Shown here: positions 57,960-64,000 of the stretch, one piece after another
Numbering within the stretch: the first letter of the stretch is position 1
Layout of the letters: every line of letters starts with the position of its first letter
Assembly: GCA_964511645.1 (NCBI GenBank)
Contig: CAZEGV010000002.1
Span: 2,689-66,688 of the forward strand
DNA: 64,000 nucleotides
Direction: 5' to 3'
From: an uncultured Cytophagales bacterium
GTDB lineage: Bacteria; Bacteroidota; Bacteroidia; Cytophagales; JAAEPT01
Translations under genes and position numbers: made by a program
The notes under the pieces: generated by a model
Seen by the model: the letters and a program-made list of their open reading frames with translations, nothing else
Database searches by the model: none
Told to the model about the DNA's origin: nothing

Positions 57960-59153
57960 TTATTTGGTTTTATTAATTAGTCTATGAATCATTGTTTGGT
58001 TACCAAATATCTTAGAAAACCCTTTTACATCTTCTCCAGACCAAGCATTATTCATCTCACCATAACTACCAAATTCAGATGACATTAAATCATGCTTAGA
58101 CTCAATACCAATTACATAGAATCTATAAGGCATCAGTTGTAATTTGACTGTTCCAGAGACTGTCGCTTGACTATTGTCTAAGAATTTTTCAATATCTCTT
58201 AAGGCAGGCTCTAAGAATTGACCTTCGTGCACCATATTGCCATAGGTAGCCGAAAGTTGGTCTTTCAATATCAATTGTTGCTTCGTTAAGGTATGTTTTT
58301 CTAAAGCATGGTGTGCTTTGATTAGGATCAATGGAGCAGCAGCTTCAAAACCAACTCTACCTTTGATGCCAATAATTGTATCACCTACATGAATGTCTCT
58401 CCCTAAAGCAAAGCCACTCGCTATTTCTTCAATTTTGACAATGGCATGGGCGGGATTCTTAAACTTCTGTCCGTTTACAACAACTGGTTCTCCTTTTAAG
58501 AATTCGATTACCATTTCTTCAGGTTCATTTTTACTGAGTTGAGTAGGGAAAGCTTGTTCTGGTAAATAACCATCAGATGTTAAAGTCTCAACGCCTCCTA
58601 CAGAAGTCCCCCACAAACCTTTGTTAATAGAGTAAATAGATTTTTTCCAATCACGTTCTACTCCTTTTGCTTTTAAGAATTCAATTTCTTCTTCTCTCGA
58701 TAATTTATTATCTCTAATTGGAGTAATGATGTTAATGTCTGGACAGATGATATGAAAAGTCATATCAAACCTCACTTGGTCATTACCAGCACCTGTACTA
58801 CCATGAGCAATATGTCCTGCTCCTATTTTATTGGCATAATTAGCAATGGCAATTGCCTGAAAAATTCTTTCGGCACTTACGGAAAGTGGATATGTATTGT
58901 TTTTTAAAATATTTCCTGCGATAAGGTATTTTACACAGTTTTGATAAAAATTATCCGTCTCATCAATGCAGGTATGAGTAGTTACACCCAATTGTTTTGC
59001 CTTTATAGCTACATTTTCTAATTCTTCTTCTGAGAACCCACCTGTGTTTACAATCACAGAGTGAACTTCTAAACCCTTATCATCTGACAAATACTTTGCA
59101 CAATACGTAGTGTCTAATCCGCCACTAAATGCTAAAACAACTTTATTATTCAT
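57960..59153 (-). CDS. argG: Argininosuccinate synthase
   Basis: AFSGGLDT P-loop, HGSTGAGNDQVRF. Confidence 0.92.
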   Translation of the reverse strand: MNNKVVLAFSGGLDTTYCAKYLSDDKGLEVHSVIVNTGGFSEEELENVAIKAKQLGVTTHTCIDETDNFYQNCVKYLIAGNILKNNTYPLSVSAERIFQAIAIANYANKIGAGHIAHGSTGAGNDQVRFDMTFHIICPDINIITPIRDNKLSREEEIEFLKAKGVERDWKKSIYSINKGLWGTSVGGVETLTSDGYLPEQAFPTQLSKNEPEEMVIEFLKGEPVVVNGQKFKNPAHAIVKIEEIASGFALGRDIHVGDTIIGIKGRVGFEAAAPLILIKAHHALEKHTLTKQQLILKDQLSATYGNMVHEGQFLEPALRDIEKFLDNSQATVSGTVKLQLMPYRFYVIGIESKHDLMSSEFGSYGEMNNAWSGEDVKGFSKIFGNQTMIHRLINKTK

Positions 59154-59172
59154 TATTTAATCTATTCTTTTT

Positions 59173-59194
59173 CAAAGTGTAAATTTACACTTTG
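59173..59194. promoter_or_regulatory. Perfect 22-bp palindrome CAAAGTGTAAATTTACACTTTG, a candidate operator upstream of argG
   Basis: Self-complementary over all 22 nt. Lies 20-41 nt upstream of the argG ATG and is not followed by a T-run on the transcribed strand. Confidence 0.5.
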
Positions 59195-59252
59195 TTTATT
59201 GTATGTTAAAAAATATTTCAATTTTCTTTTTAATGATTGCCATTGACAAACA

Positions 59253-60026
59253 TCATTCTTCTATTAAAATAGAGTCGAGAACTTCTTCTATTTGAGAAGA
59301 AACACTTTCAATGTTTTGTAGCTCAATTAATTTATCTTTCAATTGAGTGTAAAATGCTGACTTTTCATATTCTGGATTATCAACAATTTCTTGTAAAGCA
59401 GTAATTTGTTCCATCCCTGTTTTGGCTAAGGCTCTAGCTCGAAGTTGTGCCACTTCCAAATCAACCAATTCAGACGATAGGTTTTTATCCGATTTTAAAT
59501 ACCCTTTTTTCTTTTTCTCTTTAGCGGTGATGGCTACATAGGTTTCTATTTTTTCATCATCAACTACAATAATCGTCCCTGTTGCTATTTTGTCTTCACT
59601 CATTGACAGGATGTCGGCAGATTTATACAGCCTCACATCATTAGTCACTACTGCTATATGAGCGTTCTTTTGTAATAAATATGAATTTATCCAACCTTCT
59701 TTTCCTTCTTTGGTTAGGATGCGTAGGTATGTTTTCTTTTTCACCTCTTGGCTCTCTAGCACAGTTACCTTATTCCCGAAAGGGATAGAAACTAACCATT
59801 TATTACCTTTTCCAGAAGGTCCGGAATTTTGATATAAACCCGCCGATTTCCATAGTGAAATTGCTGTTGTTGTCTCTACATTTTGATTAGTCTCTTCTGA
59901 TTCACTTATAGTGTCAGACTTTACTTCGTCTGTGATAAATGTAGTTTCTTGTTCTGTATTTGATTTATTATCGCAAGAATTAAGTACAAATAGAGTGATT
60001 AACCCTAATAGAAATATTTTTTTCAT
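59253..60026 (-). CDS. Lipoprotein with SH3b-like repeats
   Basis: Lipobox LNSC; EGKEGWINSYLL-type SH3_3 ending. Confidence 0.45.
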   Translation of the reverse strand: MKKIFLLGLITLFVLNSCDNKSNTEQETTFITDEVKSDTISESEETNQNVETTTAISLWKSAGLYQNSGPSGKGNKWLVSIPFGNKVTVLESQEVKKKTYLRILTKEGKEGWINSYLLQKNAHIAVVTNDVRLYKSADILSMSEDKIATGTIIVVDDEKIETYVAITAKEKKKKGYLKSDKNLSSELVDLEVAQLRARALAKTGMEQITALQEIVDNPEYEKSAFYTQLKDKLIELQNIESVSSQIEEVLDSILIEE

Positions 60027-60027
60027 C

Positions 60028-60879
60028 TTATTGAGTAACGGTAAATGTTCTTTCTGTTGTATTAAATGGACCTTCTATATAATTTCCATCTTTATCATAT
60101 AATTGGATTTTGATAGTATGTACCCCTGCTTTAAGCCCTTCTATTATATAAGGTTCCCAAGATGTAATTTTAAATTCATCTCCATCAATAGCCACACGCA
60201 CATAATTATTCCCTGCCGAGATTTCAGTATTGACTAGGTAAAAATCTAAGAAAATTTTAGATGCTTCACTGATATTGTAAGAACCTTTTGGTCTACTATA
60301 AAATAAATGTTGTGCCGACAAGTCTATTGGGTCTTGGATTACTTTATCTCCCACCTGAAATTGGCTCAGTACATAGGCTTCTTTATGTTTTAAGCTTTCG
60401 TGGTATGAACGTGAGATGAATGCTAAGACAACGTGATTGCCTTCCTCTAATTGTGCCTTTGTAGTATAATTTTCTCCATAAACTGCCTCATAAGGTTTAT
60501 TGTTCAAAATAAGATGAATATGTTGTCCTTTAGCCGAGTTAGAACAAGATTTATTGTCTGCATCAGATGTTTGTGAACCTAATTGATATTCACCATCTAT
60601 TACTTTAAATTGAAAATCTACAGAGCCAGCGTCTAAAATCTGACCAGTACTTGGCGATGCTATTGTCAATTTAGATTCTGGAAACGTTGGTGAATCTTTT
60701 AATGCCCTAAGCGTGTATTTTTGACCTATTAAGACTCCCTCTTTTGGTTTCAGTTTAGTGTCTTCTTGATTGAGACTTAAGGAGTCTTTTTTTTCTGAAT
60801 CCGAACTAGGGTTTTTATCGCAACTAGTTAGTAAAGCTGTAGTAAAAACTAAACTTGAGAATAATATTTTCATTTTCAT
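60028..60879 (-). CDS. Hypothetical lipoprotein (two beta-sandwich-like halves)
   Basis: Lipobox LLTSC; GQHIHLILNNKPY segment; no confident family. Confidence 0.45.
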   Translation of the reverse strand: MKMKILFSSLVFTTALLTSCDKNPSSDSEKKDSLSLNQEDTKLKPKEGVLIGQKYTLRALKDSPTFPESKLTIASPSTGQILDAGSVDFQFKVIDGEYQLGSQTSDADNKSCSNSAKGQHIHLILNNKPYEAVYGENYTTKAQLEEGNHVVLAFISRSYHESLKHKEAYVLSQFQVGDKVIQDPIDLSAQHLFYSRPKGSYNISEASKIFLDFYLVNTEISAGNNYVRVAIDGDEFKITSWEPYIIEGLKAGVHTIKIQLYDKDGNYIEGPFNTTERTFTVTQ

Positions 60880-60968
60880 AGGGTTATATTTTTAGACTTT
60901 ATATAGGGTGATTTTTTTAATGACAATTAAAAACGATAAATTCTATTTTAGCGAAAACTAAGTGTTTT

Positions 60969-61412
60969 TTAATCACGTAACTTGTCTAATAGCATACTTA
61001 ATGTTTTTGATTCCTCTTCACTTAAGGGGTCAAAAGAATTCATGAGTTCTTTAGTTGGACTATCTATTTCTTTTAATAAAGAAAGCCCTTCTTTTGTAAT
61101 GCTTACATAAACTACTCGGCGGTCTTTTGTACATCTTTCTCTCTCGATAAATTCTTTGTCAAATAATTTATCCGTAAGCCGTGTCGTATTAGGAGATTTG
61201 TCAATCATCCTTTTTTTGACATTTTGCATACTCATCTTGTCTTTCGCACCTCTCAATATCCGTAGTATATTGTACTGAGCTGGAGATACTCCATAGGGAT
61301 GTAATACCTCGTTGTTTAGGTTTTTGAACCAGTTAGCCGTAAACATAATGTTGATGAGAGCCCTTTCTTTCTCGGTGTCGAAACTACTTTTAATCTCTTG
61401 ATCTATTGATGC
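60969..61412 (-). CDS. MarR-family transcriptional regulator
   Basis: Winged-helix pattern (GVSPAQYNILRIL...M.....RLTDKL....I.R......DRR). The ORF runs to 61442, but the Met at 61412 is the likelier start. Confidence 0.8.
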   Translation of the reverse strand, partial: ASIDQEIKSSFDTEKERALINIMFTANWFKNLNNEVLHPYGVSPAQYNILRILRGAKDKMSMQNVKKRMIDKSPNTTRLTDKLFDKEFIERERCTKDRRVVYVSITKEGLSLLKEIDSPTKELMNSFDPLSEEESKTLSMLLDKLRD

Positions 61413-61560
61413 CATACACAAATATAATGCTTTCCAAAGCAATTATTACATCGTAAGAAAATTATTTCTGTGATAAGGGTACTATAAGATGAAAAATATT
61501 GGAAACAAAAATTCCGATACCATAAGCTTTCCTTTTAGCAGTATTTTTAAAGCATTCGGT

Positions 61561-61612
61561 AAAAAAACAAAACCCAAGGGGATAAATGATAAACATTTAC
61601 CGTACCCTTGAG
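61561..61612 (-). terminator. Intrinsic terminator with a long interrupted stem
   Basis: Minus strand reads CAAGGGTACGGTAAATG-tttat-CATTTATCCCCTTG followed by GGTTTTGTTTTTTT, downstream of the gene ending at 61712. Confidence 0.6.
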
Positions 61613-61711
61613 TTCTAACCAGCTATGAAGTGGTAAACGTAGTACTAAATAAATTCTAGTACAATAAGCTTTCGACTACATAGATTATATTTTCGACAGA
61701 TAGTTTTAAAG

Positions 61712-62584
61712 TTATTTGTCAAGTTTGCCAAAGATTTTAGAAAGTAACTCCGTTACTCTAGCAAGCGGGTTTTGGCGGATGTTTTTTTCTTCATCAGATA
61801 CCTTTAAGAATAAACCATCTAAACCTTTTTGAGTAGCATATTCTGACAAATCAGTATTGGTTACTTTATTAATGTTCATTAGGCTTCCTATGGTCTCAGT
61901 CAATACTGGCTTATCTAGTATTGCGTTATACGATGAGACGTACTCCTCATATAGTGTTGAAACAGACTTTCCTGATACTTGTACAGAGTTAAGTGCTGCT
62001 TCCATCTTTGGGTCAAAGGCTGTGACAAGAGCATTGTACGTTTTCCCTTTAAGGAAAGATGTAGCAGCCGTGTCAGCACCAAATAATATTTTAGTAGCGT
62101 CGGTAATACTCATACTAGTGATGGCATCTACAAAGATTGGTTTAGCTTTTGCTGTCGCTGCTTCTGCTGCACGATTAATGCCTAAGATTAAAGCATCCTC
62201 CTTCCCTTTTAGTCCATTTGATTTGAATAAAGTAATAAGACCAGCTATTGGGTCTTTAATTTCTACGCCATTGTAAATAGTAGCACCAGTAATTGATTGA
62301 CCACCTATTATGACACTTTTAGTTTTAAATGTACTAAGTGCATTTGCCATTTCTGGTGGTAAGAGTAATTTAACAGCAGCATCTTTAAAATAACCATCAC
62401 TAACATTAAGCCTGCTTACGGCAGTATCAACACCAACTTTTAAGGCTTCTTTTAAGCCTTTTCCATTTTCGTCATCTTCATTTCCTTGGGTAATTTCTTT
62501 TAATATTTCTTCATCACAAGAAGTAAGCATAAGCGATGAGCTCAATACAAGTCCTGCAAAGAATATATTTTTAAATAGTTTCAT
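61712..62584 (-). CDS. DUF4197-family lipoprotein
   Basis: Lipobox LTSC; GLKEALKVG...AV..L...DGYF.....K.LLP pattern as I recall for DUF4197. Confidence 0.55.
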   Translation of the reverse strand: MKLFKNIFFAGLVLSSSLMLTSCDEEILKEITQGNEDDENGKGLKEALKVGVDTAVSRLNVSDGYFKDAAVKLLLPPEMANALSTFKTKSVIIGGQSITGATIYNGVEIKDPIAGLITLFKSNGLKGKEDALILGINRAAEAATAKAKPIFVDAITSMSITDATKILFGADTAATSFLKGKTYNALVTAFDPKMEAALNSVQVSGKSVSTLYEEYVSSYNAILDKPVLTETIGSLMNINKVTNTDLSEYATQKGLDGLFLKVSDEEKNIRQNPLARVTELLSKIFGKLDK

Positions 62585-63263
62585 GATTTTTTAATGTTTG
62601 TTGTAAGTTATAGTTTTTATCAAAATTAATGCCATCTTTTAATAATGATAGAAATTTATTTCGTGTAATCATCTCTGCTCCCATTCGTTGGAGATGGTCA
62701 GTATACATCTGACAATCTACAAAATTAAATCCTTCTTTTGCTAATGTGTGGGACAAATGAACGAGGGCAACTTTAGAAGCGTTGGCAACTTTGCTAAACA
62801 TTGATTCACCAAAAAAGCACTTTCCGATGCTTATTCCATAGAGTCCGCCTACCAACTCGTTATTCAAAAACACTTCTACTGAGTTAGCATAGCCTAATTC
62901 ATGTATTGCGATATATGCCGATTTCATTTCTTTGCTTAGCCATGAGCCACCCTGTCCAATTCTAGGGGCTGATTTACAGGCCTCTATCAAGTCGGCAAAG
63001 CAAGTATTGTATCGTACTTCAAAGCCTTTGTTCCGCAAGACTGACCGCATAGATTTACTAATCTTAATTTTACTAGGAAATATGATACAACGTGGGTCTG
63101 GACACCACCATAAGATAGGGTCTTCCTTTTCATCAAACCAAGGGAACATTCCTAAACTGTAGGCGTGTAAAAGCGTGTCGGGATTGAGGTCGGCACCTTG
63201 ACAGACAATTCCTTCTTCACTAGCGGTGGTTACATCAGGAAAGTCATAATTACTTTTGAACAT
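62571..63263 (-). CDS. aat: Leucyl/phenylalanyl-tRNA--protein transferase
   Basis: GIVC.GADL....LL.AY..G.FPW and GESMFS motifs. Confidence 0.85.
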   Translation of the reverse strand: MFKSNYDFPDVTTASEEGIVCQGADLNPDTLLHAYSLGMFPWFDEKEDPILWWCPDPRCIIFPSKIKISKSMRSVLRNKGFEVRYNTCFADLIEACKSAPRIGQGGSWLSKEMKSAYIAIHELGYANSVEVFLNNELVGGLYGISIGKCFFGESMFSKVANASKVALVHLSHTLAKEGFNFVDCQMYTDHLQRMGAEMITRNKFLSLLKDGINFDKNYNLQQTLKNHETI

Positions 63264-63317
63264 AAGGCATCAAAAAGCCCGTGATTCATAACAGACCTTG
63301 ATTAGTTGAATGTTTTT

Positions 63318-63785
63318 TTAGATGCGCTTAGTAGCAGGGATTTTAGAAAATTCTTCTTTCATTGTTACTAAATTTACTTTTAAATCTTTTTTTGCTTTGT
63401 TAATCCAGATTAGTTCTTCCAAATCTACATATTTATCATCGTTAATATAGTCTTCCATCTCTTCTAGGTGATCGAGATCTGTAGCTTCTTCTTCTTGTTC
63501 TTTGCTGGCAACATTGGCTACCATATACATATAGGCTAGTACTTTTGCTTTTCTGTCGAGGTCTTGGTTAAGAATTGACTTGATAGATACACTATATAAC
63601 TCTTTTGTGCTACCGAGTTGATTGTGCTTGCTTTTGAAAGCATCTATTTCGGCAGTAGTGATTTGTTCGTTAAGTACCATGTGTACTCTAGCATCAGTCT
63701 CAGGTTTTCTGAGTACACCATCAGCTGCTGACACGATAAGCGTAAGTCCTAGTAGGGCTTCGTTATAACTAAATTTAACTTCCAT
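63318..63785 (-). CDS. Hypothetical protein, possibly TerB-like
   Basis: SAADGVL...E motif in a helical 155-aa protein with an acidic patch; a weak call. Confidence 0.4.
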   Translation of the reverse strand: MEVKFSYNEALLGLTLIVSAADGVLRKPETDARVHMVLNEQITTAEIDAFKSKHNQLGSTKELYSVSIKSILNQDLDRKAKVLAYMYMVANVASKEQEEEATDLDHLEEMEDYINDDKYVDLEELIWINKAKKDLKVNLVTMKEEFSKIPATKRI

Positions 63786-63857
63786 AGTTTTGTGATTTTC
63801 TTGTCAGAGTTAATGTAACTGTTTACTTTGTGGTTCAATTACGTAATAATCATAAAA

Positions 63858-64000
63858 TTGAGCAAAAAGAAACACAAAAATATCGAAAAAAATGTTGCCG
63901 ATTTTACAATTAGCGACCAAACGGGTGATAATTTTAACTTATATGAAGTTTTGAAAGAAAAAAGAGTGCTCATTTTCTTCTACCCGAAGGATTTTACTCC
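63858..64000 (+). CDS. bcp: Thiol peroxidase/peroxiredoxin (Bcp-like), 5' part only, truncated by the window end
   Basis: VADFTISDQTGDNFNLYEVLKEKRVLIFFYPKDFTP runs up to the expected catalytic Cys. The start is uncertain: the frame has no ATG, and TTG occurs at 63858 and 63828. Confidence 0.7.
   Translation, partial: MSKKKHKNIEKNVADFTISDQTGDNFNLYEVLKEKRVLIFFYPKDFT

Noticed and set aside
61489-61611. 40-aa plus-strand small ORF (MKNIGNKNSDTISFPF...) in the MarR/DUF4197 spacer
   Set aside because: It runs opposite to both neighbours, overlaps the terminator hairpin, and has no supporting signal.
1-64000. Window-wide search for CRISPR arrays, rRNA, additional tRNAs, integrases or transposases, restriction-modification and other known defence genes
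   Set aside because: I found no regularly spaced direct repeats and no second tRNA-like T-arm (GGTTCGAATCC or its complement occurs only at 25671-25681). No ORF carries recombinase, DDE, methyltransferase or nuclease-NTPase motifs beyond the housekeeping repair genes.

Overview
This is a low-GC chromosomal segment with Bacteroidota hallmarks: two proteins with T9SS C-terminal sorting domains, TAnnTTTG-type -7 boxes, ftsK-lolA, DUF2851 and a type-2 ileS-lspA pair. It holds about 60 credible CDS, and nearly all are housekeeping. They cover pyrimidine and purine synthesis (pyrF, pyrD, purN), phospholipid synthesis (cdsA, psd), DNA repair (recJ, nth, recO), ffh, ileS, rnpA-rpmH, argG-argC-proB, murQ-type cell-wall recycling, and GH18/GH2 glycosidases. 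There is one tRNA-Cys(GCA). rpmH (51 aa) is real but too short for the supplied ORF track.

I see no CRISPR array, rRNA, intact transposase or integrase, prophage genes or recognisable defence system.

The structure the genes do not explain is mostly non-coding:
- A three-copy interspersed repeat of about 140-185 nt (20930-21084, 40602-40740, 53700-53884). Its junction sequences are conserved and its helices stay complementary while changing sequence between copies. I cannot match it to a named family.
- A 157-bp MITE with 25-nt imperfect terminal inverted repeats and a TTA target duplication, inserted in an already decayed NTF2-like gene.
- Other signs of gene erosion: a frameshifted His-rich beta-barrel gene, and a HesB/IscA-like gene that ends 8 nt before a repeat copy and lacks its C-terminal Cys motif.
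- A membrane-anchored coiled-coil protein carrying only the Zn-ribbon/HTH module of IS1595-type transposases.
- A perfect 22-bp palindrome just upstream of argG.

Functional calls rest on motif and family recognition by eye. No database search or structure computation was possible.
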